A program made the translations under genes and the position numbers. Shown one piece after another: positions 28,415-38,900 of a DNA stretch of 64,000 nucleotides (position 1 is the stretch's first letter; each line of letters begins with the position of its first letter). The stretch comes from an uncultured cyanobacterium. GTDB taxonomy: Bacteria > Cyanobacteriota > Cyanobacteriia > CAKZMO01. The notes under the pieces were generated by a model. It was not told the DNA's origin, ran no database searches, and saw only the letters and a program-made list of their open reading frames with translations. The stretch lies in contig CAVRCJ010000001.1 in assembly GCA_963719515.1 (NCBI GenBank), forward strand, positions 310,942 through 374,941, given 5' to 3'.

Positions 28415-29863
28415 TTAAAGGCCGTTGCCGATGAGGATAAAGGGTGCCCAGTAGTAGGGGTGGGCTAAGGGATTTCGCTCAAGGCTTGCGCCTTCTATGA
28501 CAGTGCCTCTCAGGCTTGGAGAGACATCTTCGCGCTTGATCATCGAAAGCTGCGCCTGCCGCAGGGCCGCGCCGTAGGAACTGCCCTCCTGCAGCGCTCG
28601 ATAAAACGCTTCCATAAACGCAGGCGTGCTGCCGTCGCTGATGGCCCATAGAGAGGCGATCGCCGCTCTGGCACCAGCCTGCTGCGCTAAATAGCCAAAG
28701 CCCAAAATTTCTTCGCCGTTGTCAAAACCGCCTATCCCCGTTTCACAGGCGCTCAGCACGACTAAATCCACGTTTTGCAGGGACCAGTTACGCATATCGG
28801 CGAGGGTGACGCGATCGCCATTGCCCATCAAGATAAAGGAGTCCTGCGGGGAGCCGGGGACAAAGACGGAGTTAGAAGCTAGGTGCAGGACGGTGTAGTT
28901 GTTCATTTGAGACCGGAGCGCCGCCGTCGTGAACGCCTCGTTGAGCAACACCGTCGTTTCAGGCACGATCGCAGCGATCGCCTCCACTTCAGCGCCGGTT
29001 CCAGGCAGGCCCGTCAGCGAAACTGGGCGATCGCCAAGTTCAATGTCGTATGTGCCTTCCGTGTGGGCTGCGGCTAAGACCCTCAGAGGTGCCTGGGGCG
29101 ATCGCTCTAAATCGGTCAGGGTTGCCGCTGTGATACGGTTGACGATAAAGCGCTCTGTGAGCCAGCTTTCCCCATCGTGGAGTGCGGCAAGGGGAATATA
29201 GCGCAGCGCGCCGTCTGGGGCGTAGAGCAGCGCTTCGGTGCCCGCAGCGGTGAGGGCTACCTCCATGGGCTGGATGAGCCACTGGTAGAGCTGCTCAGCG
29301 ACGGGGCGCGGGTCGCTGCTGGGGTCGCCCAAGCTTTGGCGGAACGCTGCGACAGCTTGGCTGACCTCAGCGCGAGAAACCGGTACGGTGTAGGTGAGCG
29401 GCGACGCGTCGGGGGTGAGCAGAACAAGCTCGATGCGGTCTTCTAGCAGCAGGGGGTAGAAGATCGCCGCTGGCCGCTCTAAGCGCTGTAAGTTATCTTG
29501 CAGGGCGGCGAGATCTTCGAGGGGAAGGGTCGCCTGTCGCTGCCGGGACGCTTCAAGCTGCTGGACTTCTGGGCTGTCGAGGAACTCACGAAACTGATGA
29601 ACGAACTGCCGCTGGAGAATGCGTAGGTCTTCGAGCCGCTGCTGTTGCTCAGGAGTGCGCTCGTCTAGTGGAATGCGCTCTAAGTGACGGCGATCGCGGC
29701 CCGCTTCGATGGCGGTGGTGTACTGCTCAGTTAACTGTGACTCAGCCCCCCGAAGTTCGATGCCCTGTTCTGTTTGTGCAGATTCGGCAGGGGCGATCGC
29801 GGTGGGGTTGAGCAGGGCGATCGCGCTTAGGAGGGCGGTGAGGGTGGGTTTGATAGATTTCAT
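28415..29863 (-). CDS. Secreted stand-alone CHAT protein with catalytic His replaced by Asn
   Basis: Signal peptide from ATG 29863 (MKSIKPTLTALL), no TPRs; HLASNS instead of HLATH(A/G); LSACETG retained. Confidence 0.85.
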   Translation of the reverse strand: MKSIKPTLTALLSAIALLNPTAIAPAESAQTEQGIELRGAESQLTEQYTTAIEAGRDRRHLERIPLDERTPEQQQRLEDLRILQRQFVHQFREFLDSPEVQQLEASRQRQATLPLEDLAALQDNLQRLERPAAIFYPLLLEDRIELVLLTPDASPLTYTVPVSRAEVSQAVAAFRQSLGDPSSDPRPVAEQLYQWLIQPMEVALTAAGTEALLYAPDGALRYIPLAALHDGESWLTERFIVNRITAATLTDLERSPQAPLRVLAAAHTEGTYDIELGDRPVSLTGLPGTGAEVEAIAAIVPETTVLLNEAFTTAALRSQMNNYTVLHLASNSVFVPGSPQDSFILMGNGDRVTLADMRNWSLQNVDLVVLSACETGIGGFDNGEEILGFGYLAQQAGARAAIASLWAISDGSTPAFMEAFYRALQEGSSYGAALRQAQLSMIKREDVSPSLRGTVIEGASLERNPLAHPYYWAPFILIGNGL

Positions 29864-29878
29864 GGTGATTATGGGGTT

Positions 29879-29951
29879 GGGCACAGCATGCTGTGCCGGT
29901 ACGTTTGGGGATGGTTTGGATGGGTTGGGGCACAGCATGCTGCGCCCGTAC
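29879..29951. repeat. REP-like doublet
   Basis: GGGCACAGCATGCTGTGCCGGTAC and GGGGCACAGCATGCTGCGCCCGTAC palindromes. Confidence 0.7.
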
Positions 29952-29969
29952 GACTTGTGGATTGTAGAA

Positions 29970-32900
29970 TTAAAGGCCGTTGCCGATGAGGATGAAGGGT
30001 GCCCAGTAGTGGGGATGGCTGAGGCCGGTCGAGCTAGCTCTTGCGCCTGTGGGGACGATGGTGGCGGGTCCGCCGCCTTGCGGAGCTGCGATCGCATCTG
30101 CGGTTCCATCATCTTCGCTGGAGGTGGCTTCGCCCTGGGCAATCAGGGTTTGCTGGGCGAGCTGTAGGGCTCTAGACTTAGATTCACCCTGCTGCAGCGC
30201 ATCGTAAAAGGCGGTCATCAGCACTTGGGTACCCTGATCGTTTACCTGCCACAGCGAAGCCAACGTTGCCCTGGCCCCAGCCCGCTGAAACTGATAGCCC
30301 AGCCCCAAAATCTCTTCCCCGTTGCCAAAGCCGCCCAGCCCCGTTTCGCAGGCGCTCAGCACGACTAAATCGACGTTTTGCAGGGACCAGTCGCGCACGT
30401 CAGCTAGGGTAGGGCGATCGCCGTTGCCAAACAGTATGAAGGAGTCTTCGGGAACGCCGGGGACGAAGGCGGCGTGGGTAGCAAAGTGGATGATGTCGTG
30501 CTCGTTGAGGCGCGATCGCACTGCAGCGAGGCTAAAGTCTTGGTCGAGGAAGGGGGTGATGTTGGGCAGGCTGGCGATTAGGGTTTCGACTTCTATTCCG
30601 GCAAAGGGCAAACCCTGAAAGTCGACGCTGCGCTGCCCCACCTGCACAGGGTAGCTGAGAGTCTCGTCGGCGAAGGCTCCGGCCAGGACGCTGGGCGATT
30701 TGGCGGGCTGGGCGGCAAGATCGGTGAGCGATCGCGCGGTGATGTTGTTGACGGCGTAGCGCTGGGCCAGCCAGGTCTCGCCGTCGTGGAGGGCCGCGAG
30801 GGGAACGTAGCGCAGCTGTCCGTCGGGGGCGTAGATGATGGTGTCGATGTCGAGGTTGGCGAGGTCGTCTTCTAAGGGTTCAACCAGCCACTGGTAGAGC
30901 TGATGGGCGGGGGTGATGACGTCGCTATTGGGGTTTTCGAGAGCCTGCCGGAAGGCGAGGATGGCGCGGTTGAGGTCTTCTCGGGTGACGTTCTCGACGG
31001 TGCGCCGCAGGGGGGGAGAGTCGGGGGTGGTGAGCACGAGTTCGAGCCGGTCGTCTAGGATGAGCGGGTAGAGCAGGACGGCGTTGAGCTGGCCCAGGTC
31101 GTTCCGCAGGGCGGCGATATCGGCGGGGTTGAGGGTTTGCTGGCGGGTGGTGGTGCTGAGCTGGCTGATGAGAGTAAGGATTTCGTCGCTGTCGATGAAG
31201 TTGTTGAACTGGCGGGTCAGCTCTTGCTCTAGGTCAACGAGTTCGCGGATGCGGGCTTGCTGAGCGGGGGTGCGATCGCTCTCTGGGGTTTGGCGGAGCT
31301 GGGTGAGTTCTTGGCCGAGTTCGATGGCTTGCTGCTGGCGGGCGTTGAAGCGCTCCAGGATTTCTTGCTCGGGTTGCCAGTATTCGACGCCGCTGGCGGT
31401 GGTGGCGTTGCCGCGAACACCGCGCAGGTAGTCATCGAGTTCTTGGACTTTGAGCAGGTCTAAGACTTGCTGTGCTTCTAGGATGCGGTTTTGTTGGAGG
31501 AGGAGGTCGGCGAGTTTGCGGTAGGTGCTTTCAATAGTGTCGGTGAAGGACTGCTGTTGCTCGGTGGGTAAGTCACGCAAGCCGTCGCGGATGTCTTCGC
31601 GAACATTGACGGACTGCTTGAGAAAGAGGATGGCGAGCTGGGGATGGTTCTGGTCGGTAAGGAGGTTGCCGATATTGCTGAGCCAGGTTCCTTGAGCAGC
31701 GCGATCGCCAATATCTTGGTGAATGGCTAGAGCTTGCTGGTAGGAAGCGATCGCCTGTTGGTATTGCCCCAGGTTGCGGTAAGCGAGGCCCAAATTGCCC
31801 AGGGCGGCACCTTCCCCGCGCCTGTCCCCTATCTCTTGGGCTATCTCAAGGTGCTGCTCATAGAAGGCGATCGCCTGTTGGTATTGCCCCAGGTTGAGGT
31901 AAGCGATGCCCAAGCCGCCCAGGGCATTGCCTTCCCCGCGCCGGTCCCCTATCTCTCGGACAATGTCAAGCTGCTGCTCATAGAACGCGATCGCCTGTTG
32001 GTATTGCCCCAGGTTGTCGTAAGCGATGCCTAAGTTGCCCAGGGCATTGCCTTCCCCGCGCCGGTCCCCTATCTCTCGGGCTATCTCAAGTCGTTGCTCA
32101 TAGAGTGCGATCGCCTGCTGATATTGCCCTAGATTGTCGTAAGCGCTGCCCAAGTTGCCCAGGGCATTGCCTTCCCCGCGCCGGTCCCCTATCTCTCGGA
32201 CAATGTCAAGCTGCTGCTCATAGAAGGCGATCGCCTCTTGGTATTGCCCTAGGTTGCGGTAGGCACTGCCCAAGTTGCCGAGGGCAACGCCTTCCCCTTG
32301 TCGGTCGCCAATCTCTCGGGCGATTTCAAGGTGCTGCTCATAGAAGGCGATCGCCTGTTGGTATCGCCCTAGCCTGAGGTAAGTAGTGCCCAAGTTACCG
32401 AGGGCAACGCCTTCCCCTTGTCGGTCGCCAATCTCTCGGGCGATTTCAAGGTGCTGCTCATAGAAGGCGATCGCCTCTTGGTATTGCCCTAGGTTGCTGT
32501 AGGCACTGCCCAAGTTGCCCAGGGCATTGCCTTCCCCGCGCCGGTCGCCAATCTCTCGGGCGATTTCAAGGTGCTGCTCATAGAAGGCGATCGCCTCTTG
32601 GTATTGCCCTAGGTTGCGGTAGGCACTGCCCAAGTTGCCCAGGGCATTGCCTTCCCCGCGCCGGTCCCCTATCTCTCGGGCGATTTCAAGTCTTTGCTCA
32701 TAGAGTGCGATCGCCTCTTGGTATTGCCCTAGGTTGCGGTAGGCACTGCCCAAGTTGCCCAGGGCATTGCCTTCCCCGCGCCGGTTGCCTATCTCTCGGA
32801 CAATGTCAAGGGATTGCTCATAGAATGCGATCGCCTGTTGGTATTGCCCCAGGTTGTTGTATGTAAGGCCCAAATTGCCCAGGGCATTGCCTTCCCCTTG

Positions 32901-33488
32901 CCGGTCCCCTATCTTCCGATAAATCTCTAACGCCTGCTCCCACGACTGCAGCGCCTCGCGAAACTGACTCACATTGAACTGCTCAATCCCCTCCTGGAAC
33001 AGCCGATCGGCCTCTGCCTTGCGATCATCCTCAACTGGTGACTCCGCCTCACTGCCCTGAGATTGTCCTTCTGTGGCCACCTCCCGCACCATCAGCCGAT
33101 ACCGCCCCCGATTCTCCGCATCAGCCGCATTAGCAATCACCATGTAGGTGCCATCCTCCGGCAGCGTCACCACCAGGCCCGCATTCGTCGTCGTTTCGTC
33201 CAAATTGTTGTTCTGAGCGATCGCCTCCCCCTGCGGGTCTAGCAGCAGCAGGTAGGTGTCAAACGCCTCGCTCTCCATCACAATCTGCAAGGTCTGGCCC
33301 GCTCGCCCTTCCACAGGATAGGCATCATAGAGGCTGTCATCGTCTGGAACAACGCGATCGCCCTCCTCCAGCACCCCTTCCACCTGCAAAATCGGCTCCG
33401 CCTCCTGCGCCAGCACCCCGCCCGCCACCATCCCCTCTACCACAAGCGCCACTGCCGCTATGCCAATCCACGTGATGAGGAAACGCAT
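29970..33488 (-). CDS. Secreted PPC-TPR-CHAT protease
   Basis: Signal peptide; PPC-like GRAGQTLQIVMESEAFDTYLLLLD...GTYMV; ~11 40-aa TPRs; HFATHA, LSACETG. Confidence 0.9.
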   Translation of the reverse strand: MRFLITWIGIAAVALVVEGMVAGGVLAQEAEPILQVEGVLEEGDRVVPDDDSLYDAYPVEGRAGQTLQIVMESEAFDTYLLLLDPQGEAIAQNNNLDETTTNAGLVVTLPEDGTYMVIANAADAENRGRYRLMVREVATEGQSQGSEAESPVEDDRKAEADRLFQEGIEQFNVSQFREALQSWEQALEIYRKIGDRQGEGNALGNLGLTYNNLGQYQQAIAFYEQSLDIVREIGNRRGEGNALGNLGSAYRNLGQYQEAIALYEQRLEIAREIGDRRGEGNALGNLGSAYRNLGQYQEAIAFYEQHLEIAREIGDRRGEGNALGNLGSAYSNLGQYQEAIAFYEQHLEIAREIGDRQGEGVALGNLGTTYLRLGRYQQAIAFYEQHLEIAREIGDRQGEGVALGNLGSAYRNLGQYQEAIAFYEQQLDIVREIGDRRGEGNALGNLGSAYDNLGQYQQAIALYEQRLEIAREIGDRRGEGNALGNLGIAYDNLGQYQQAIAFYEQQLDIVREIGDRRGEGNALGGLGIAYLNLGQYQQAIAFYEQHLEIAQEIGDRRGEGAALGNLGLAYRNLGQYQQAIASYQQALAIHQDIGDRAAQGTWLSNIGNLLTDQNHPQLAILFLKQSVNVREDIRDGLRDLPTEQQQSFTDTIESTYRKLADLLLQQNRILEAQQVLDLLKVQELDDYLRGVRGNATTASGVEYWQPEQEILERFNARQQQAIELGQELTQLRQTPESDRTPAQQARIRELVDLEQELTRQFNNFIDSDEILTLISQLSTTTRQQTLNPADIAALRNDLGQLNAVLLYPLILDDRLELVLTTPDSPPLRRTVENVTREDLNRAILAFRQALENPNSDVITPAHQLYQWLVEPLEDDLANLDIDTIIYAPDGQLRYVPLAALHDGETWLAQRYAVNNITARSLTDLAAQPAKSPSVLAGAFADETLSYPVQVGQRSVDFQGLPFAGIEVETLIASLPNITPFLDQDFSLAAVRSRLNEHDIIHFATHAAFVPGVPEDSFILFGNGDRPTLADVRDWSLQNVDLVVLSACETGLGGFGNGEEILGLGYQFQRAGARATLASLWQVNDQGTQVLMTAFYDALQQGESKSRALQLAQQTLIAQGEATSSEDDGTADAIAAPQGGGPATIVPTGARASSTGLSHPHYWAPFILIGNGL
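31735..32900 (-). repeat. Tandem ~120-bp TPR-coding repeats (~10 units)
   Basis: Near-identical sequence recurs every 120 nt. Confidence 0.92.
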
Positions 33489-33521
33489 CAAATTCTCTCC
33501 GCCAAATGACTCCAGTAGTCT

Positions 33522-33548
33522 ATACCGCTAGGCCGAATAGAGGTATGG
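33522..33548 (-). promoter_or_regulatory. Island motif copy CCATACCT-N11-AGCGGTAT
   Basis: Upstream of the PPC-TPR-CHAT gene. Confidence 0.65.
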
Positions 33549-33651
33549 AAATTAACAGTGTTTGATGGTGGCCCTCAGACCCCTGGAATCTAGCAGCTTT
33601 TCTCCAACACCACCCGTATTTTGTAGAGATTCCAGCGGTCCACTTCAAGCG

Positions 33652-33678
33652 CCATACCCTTTGACACCTCAGAGCTAC
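33652..33678 (+). promoter_or_regulatory. Island motif copy CCATACCC-N11-AGAGCTAC
   Basis: Upstream of the subtilase; divergent from the previous copy. Confidence 0.65.
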
Positions 33679-33715
33679 TTAGCCTATGACTAAGACGTGT
33701 TGAGGAGAAAAAACA

Positions 33716-35857
33716 ATGAAGCGACCTACGGGAACCCCGCTACTAGGCGCGATCGCCCTATCCACTGGCCTGCTCACCCTGCTCGCCGCCCACCGCCAGC
33801 CCGCCACCGCCCAGTTCCAGCCCGCCCCCCAGGACTCCTATTCCTTCTTCGGCCAGCAGATTCCGCTGACGACCCAGTCCGACGTCGTTGCCGTCGCCTT
33901 TGCGCCACAGTCCGGCACGCGGGGCGTTGGGCAGCCGGCCTACGCTCAGCTTGAGGCCGACCTTCGGGGAGAGCCTACAGGAACGCGGGGCGGTCGCTCC
34001 CCCTCCCCCTTGCGCTTCGACGTGTGGGTCAGTCCCTTAGGCGATCGCTACGCCTTGGTCACCACTGAAGACGGGGAAACCGTCCGTCAGGCGATCGCCC
34101 AGCGTCCCTACGTCGAGGCAACTCTGCCCGTGTTGACGGTGGGCAGTGGGGAGGACGCTGCGCAAGTGGTGCTACCCAACGAGATTTTGCTCAGCCTGGA
34201 GCCGGATTTGTCGGGCAGCGAGCGGCAGGCGCTGCTCAATCGCTACGGCCTAGAGGTGGTGAGGCCCCTACAGTTTGCCCGCGATCGCTACCTCGTGCGA
34301 TCGCGGCGCGAGGTGGGGCTAGCGGTGCTGGAGGTGGCCAATCGCCTCCACGGCGCTGTGGGAGTTGAGTCCGCCACGCCCAACTTCATTCAGTCGGTGC
34401 CCTACCGGGTGCAGGCGCAGGATATCGAAGACGCGACGTTGAGCGATCGCCCCAACGCCGCCGCCCAGCTCCAGCAGCTTCTGGGCTCATTCCCCAAAAT
34501 CGACACCGCTTTCCCCAGCAGCCTGTCTCCCCTCGCCTGGCACCTCGACAGTACGCCTCAGCGCGGCAGACTGCAGCCCCGCACCGACATCCGCGCCACG
34601 GAAGCCTGGGGCGAGGGCAACGGCGGCGAGGGCGTAGTGGTAGCCGTTATCGACAGCCTTATCCAGTGGGACCACCCCGACCTAGCGCAAAACCTCTACT
34701 CCACCCAAGATCACCCCGACCGCTACCCCGGCGAAGAGTACGGCTGGGATTTCACCAGCGAGGCCAACTGCCCAAACGCCCAGCCCGACTGCATTCCCGG
34801 CGACCCCGATACCCGCATCAGCGCCGCCGAGGTGGACCTGCTACGCCCCCACCTGCAAAACACCTTCCAGCTTTCAGACGCCGCCCTGCTGGAGACCTAC
34901 AGCGGTTTGGCAGGGCGGATCAAGGAGCGCTATCCCAGCCTCTCCAGCGCCCGCACCGCTAGCCTCATCCGCAACCTCATTCGTGGTGATATCTCGTCCG
35001 AGTTCCACGGCACCTGGTCCGCCGGGGTAGTGGCTGCCCATCCCCAGGGCGGGGAGGGGGCGATTGGGGTTGCACCTATGGCCAAGATTTTGCCGGTGCG
35101 GGTATTTGGCATTGAGGGGGAAATCACCACAGCGCGGCTGATTGAAGCGGTGGGCTATGCCGCCGACCGAGGCGCGGATGTAATCAACATGAGCTTGGGT
35201 AGCGCGGTACCCGACCAGGCGTTTGTTGACCAGATTTTCGCCGTTTTAGACGAGAACCCCGAGCTTGTGATTGTCGCTTCGGCGGGCAACGACAGCGTCG
35301 ACGGCGTGGGCTTTCCCGCCGCGACGCCGGGGGTGCTCTCGGTGGGGGCGACCAATCTGGAGGGCCAGCGCACTTACTACAGCAGCTACGGCGGGCGGCT
35401 CGACGTGGTGGCCCCCGGTGGGGAGACAAATCTGTTCCAGCAGGGCGGCATTCTCACCACGGGGGGCACTTGGGTCGATGGGTTTTGGAGCGCTTTAGAG
35501 GCCCCGCCCTACGGCTGGGGTGCGGCCCTAGACCCGTTAGGTAAGTACGTCCAGGTTCAGGGCACCTCCTTCTCGGCTCCGGCGGTTTCCGGGGTGGTGG
35601 CGCTGATGAAGGGGGTAAACCCGTCGCTGGAGCGCGATCGCCTGCTGGCGGTTTTGCGGGAGACGGCGAGCTATGAGGGCCTGACGCTCACCCGCGCGGA
35701 CCTAAACCGCTACCGACTGCAGCGGGAGGTAGGTCTGACGCTGATGGAGGACCGGGTATCGGGCCTATTTCCGTTCCCGGAGCCGATTTCGCCAGAGGAG
35801 TATTTCTTTGGTGCGGGGTTGGTGGACGCGGAAGCGGCAGTGGAGGCGGTGCGGTAG
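33716..35857 (+). CDS. Secreted S8 subtilisin-like serine protease
   Basis: Signal peptide, long prodomain, VAVIDS, FHGT, SAGN, GTSFSAP. Confidence 0.92.
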   Translation: MKRPTGTPLLGAIALSTGLLTLLAAHRQPATAQFQPAPQDSYSFFGQQIPLTTQSDVVAVAFAPQSGTRGVGQPAYAQLEADLRGEPTGTRGGRSPSPLRFDVWVSPLGDRYALVTTEDGETVRQAIAQRPYVEATLPVLTVGSGEDAAQVVLPNEILLSLEPDLSGSERQALLNRYGLEVVRPLQFARDRYLVRSRREVGLAVLEVANRLHGAVGVESATPNFIQSVPYRVQAQDIEDATLSDRPNAAAQLQQLLGSFPKIDTAFPSSLSPLAWHLDSTPQRGRLQPRTDIRATEAWGEGNGGEGVVVAVIDSLIQWDHPDLAQNLYSTQDHPDRYPGEEYGWDFTSEANCPNAQPDCIPGDPDTRISAAEVDLLRPHLQNTFQLSDAALLETYSGLAGRIKERYPSLSSARTASLIRNLIRGDISSEFHGTWSAGVVAAHPQGGEGAIGVAPMAKILPVRVFGIEGEITTARLIEAVGYAADRGADVINMSLGSAVPDQAFVDQIFAVLDENPELVIVASAGNDSVDGVGFPAATPGVLSVGATNLEGQRTYYSSYGGRLDVVAPGGETNLFQQGGILTTGGTWVDGFWSALEAPPYGWGAALDPLGKYVQVQGTSFSAPAVSGVVALMKGVNPSLERDRLLAVLRETASYEGLTLTRADLNRYRLQREVGLTLMEDRVSGLFPFPEPISPEEYFFGAGLVDAEAAVEAVR

Positions 35858-35878
35858 GGATGAGGGGCGATCGCTTTC

Positions 35879-35905
35879 CCATACCTTCTCTTGGCCGAGA
35901 GGTAT
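35879..35905 (+). promoter_or_regulatory. Island motif copy CCATACCT-N11-AGAGGTAT
   Basis: Upstream of the giant TPR-CHAT gene. Confidence 0.65.
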
Positions 35906-35938
35906 ACACTGCTATGTGTCTCGGTCGGAGCAATTCTC

Positions 35939-38900
35939 ATGCGGTTTTCTGTCTTGTGGTTGGGTTTGACGGTGCTGATGGTGGAGGGGGCGATCGCTCC
36001 TCGCGTCCTCGCACAGTCTGAGGGGTCTGCACCGTCAGTGCAGACTGAGGGGGAGGCGTCGCTTGAGATAAGCGAGGCTGAGGCGCTGCTAGCGGAGGGC
36101 GATCGCCTATTCTATCAAGGCCGCCTTCTAGAGGCCCTAGAAACACTAGAGCAAGCCCGAAACCTGTATCAGGAGCGTGGCGATGCCTTGGGCGAGGCGA
36201 ACGCGCTGGTCTCCTTATCTCTTGTGCAGGGGTGGCTATCTGAGTATGAGGAGGGGCGATCGCTGGTACAGGCTGCCCTTGATATCTATCAGAGTCTAGA
36301 ATCTGATGCCGAAACGCAATTGGCGGAGGCCCGTGCGCTACATCGGCTCGCAGTCACACAATACGGGCTTGACGAGCGGGAGACGGCGCTGGAAACCCTA
36401 GCGCGATCGCGGAGCCTGTTTCGCGAGTTGGGAGCATCGGTGGATGAGGGAATTGCCTTACTGGATACAGGAGCTATCAGCATCCGCGAGGGAGAGCCAG
36501 AGGATGGATTAGAGCCCTTGAATGAGGGCCTAGCCTTGCTAAATAATACTAGCGCCGATGCTGAAGCTGGTTCAATTGCCGAGCTACGTCGGGAGTACTA
36601 CAAAGCACTGGGTCTAGCCTGGATTGGCCGGGGCTATGGTCTGCTGGAGCAGCCGAATGAGGCATTGGAGGCGATCGCCGCGTCGCTGACAATAAGCCGG
36701 AGCATTGATGCTCGACTGGTTGAGAATTCTGCCCTATTGTCCAAAGGCCTGATCTATGAAAATCAGCAAGAGTTTGATTTGGCTGAGGAGGCCTACAAGC
36801 AGGCACTGACTGTCCTACAGCCGATAGGGAGCATGATTTCTGAGGGGAACGTATGGAATCGGCTCGGGAATCTCTATAAGCAGCAAGAACAATATGATGA
36901 GGCTTTGGCGGCTTATCAACAGGCGCTCTCCCTGTTTCAGCAGGCGGAAAACTTGGAAGAAATTGGGTCTGCGTGGTACTTCATTGCTACGGTGCATCAA
37001 TCCCTAGAGCAGTTCGATGAAGCGATCGCCGCCTATCAAAAATCGATTGACATATTTACCGCATCAGACGAACTCGGCTTGAGCGGAATCGTTCTTCAGG
37101 CTCTTGGAACTCTATACCAAATCCAAGAGCGATATGAGGAGGCGCTAGCAACGTATCAGCAAGCATTACCCATTCTTCAGGAGGCAGAAGAGCAAGAGCA
37201 GGAGGGATGGACTTGGTACTGGATCGCTCAAAACTACACCCTACAGAATCAACAGGAAGAGGCTATTGAGGCTTACCAGCGATCGCTGACTATATTCACT
37301 GAATTGGAGCAGCCCCGCACGCAGGCAACCATGCTCAAGCTGATGGGCGACACCTATCAGAATCAAGGCCAGTTTGAGCCAGCCATTGAGGCCTACGAGC
37401 AAGCCTTAGCGATTCGTCGTGAGGTAGGGGACCAGCCCGAGGAAGCGGTGACTCTCAATAGTATTGGTCTTGTGCGCGACAGCCAAGAACGCTACGACCA
37501 GGCTCTGGATGCCTATGAGCAAGCTTTAGCCATTGTCCGAGGGATGGACGAGCGTTCGGGAGAAGACATCATTCTTAGTAATGTTGGCAGCATCTATGAG
37601 GACCAGGGACGCTATGACGAGGCCTTAGAGACCTACGAGCAGGTTCTGGACATTCGCCGGGAGGCGGGCGATCGCGCTGGGGAATGCACGACTCTCAATA
37701 CCATTGGTTTGATATACGATGATCTTGACCAATATCTCCAAGCCTTAGAAACTCACCAGCAAGCCTTAATAGTCTGCCGCGAGGTAGGCGATCGCGCGAC
37801 AGAGAGTTCCGTGCTCGGCAACATCGGCATAGTCTACCGGGCTTTAGGACGCTATGAATCCGTCCTGGATGTCTTTCAGCAGGCCTTAATCATTAAGCGG
37901 GAGCTAGGCGATCGCGCTGGGGAAGGCCTTGTCCTCAATCATATTGGATTGACTCACAGCGATCTAGGGCAGTATCTTCAGGCTTTAGAGGCCTATGAGC
38001 AATCGCTAGCTATCCGCCGAGAGTTGGGCGATCGCGCTGGGGAAAGTGCTGTCCTCAATAATATTGGTGCTATATATAAGGCTCAAAGCCGATATGAGCT
38101 AGCCCTCGAGCTTTATGAGCAGTCGCTAGCGATTGACCGAGAGATTGGCGATCGCATTGGGGAAAGCACAACCCTCGCCAATATAGGTGTAGTGCATAAT
38201 GTGCAAGGCCGCTATGAGCTGGCCCTAGAACTTACTCAGCAAGCGTTGGCAATCAAACGCGAAGTGAAGGATCGCGCTGGGCAAGGTGCAGTTCTCGATA
38301 ATATTGGCTCGGTGTACAACAGCTTAGGGCAGTATGAACTTGCCCTTGAGTTCTACCAACAGGCTCTAGAAATTCGCCGAGAGGTGAGCGCTAGGTTAGG
38401 GGAGAGCATCACCCTCAGTAGCATCGGTCAAGTCTATATCAACACAGGGCAATATCAACAGGCGCTGGACACCTTTCAGCAGGCGCTAGACATCAGTCAG
38501 CAGCTCGGCAGTCCTGCCCAAGAGGGAGCAATCCTCAACGATATCGGCATAGTGTATGACAGATTGGGGCGCTATCAACCGGCTCTAGAAACTTATGAGC
38601 AGGCCTTGGCCATTAACCGAGAGATTGGCAATCGCGCTGGTGAAGGCACTACTCTCAACAACATTGGCTTAACTTACGGCAATTTGGGACAGTATCAGGT
38701 AGCGCTAGACCTCTTTCAGCAGTCCCTGGCTATCAAGCAGGAGATTGGCGATCGCCCTGGAGAGGGGACTACCTTCAACAATCTTGCTGGCATCTACGGC
38801 GGCTTGGGCCAATATCAGCTCTCGCTAGAGACCTACGAGCAGGCCCTCGCTATCCTTCGAGATGTTGGCGATCGCGCTGGAGAGGGTAATATCCTCAACA

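Noticed and set aside
29864..30142. N-terminal extension of the 575-aa CHAT ORF
   Set aside because: It overlaps the upstream gene's end and REP-like repeats; a signal peptide begins at ATG 29863.
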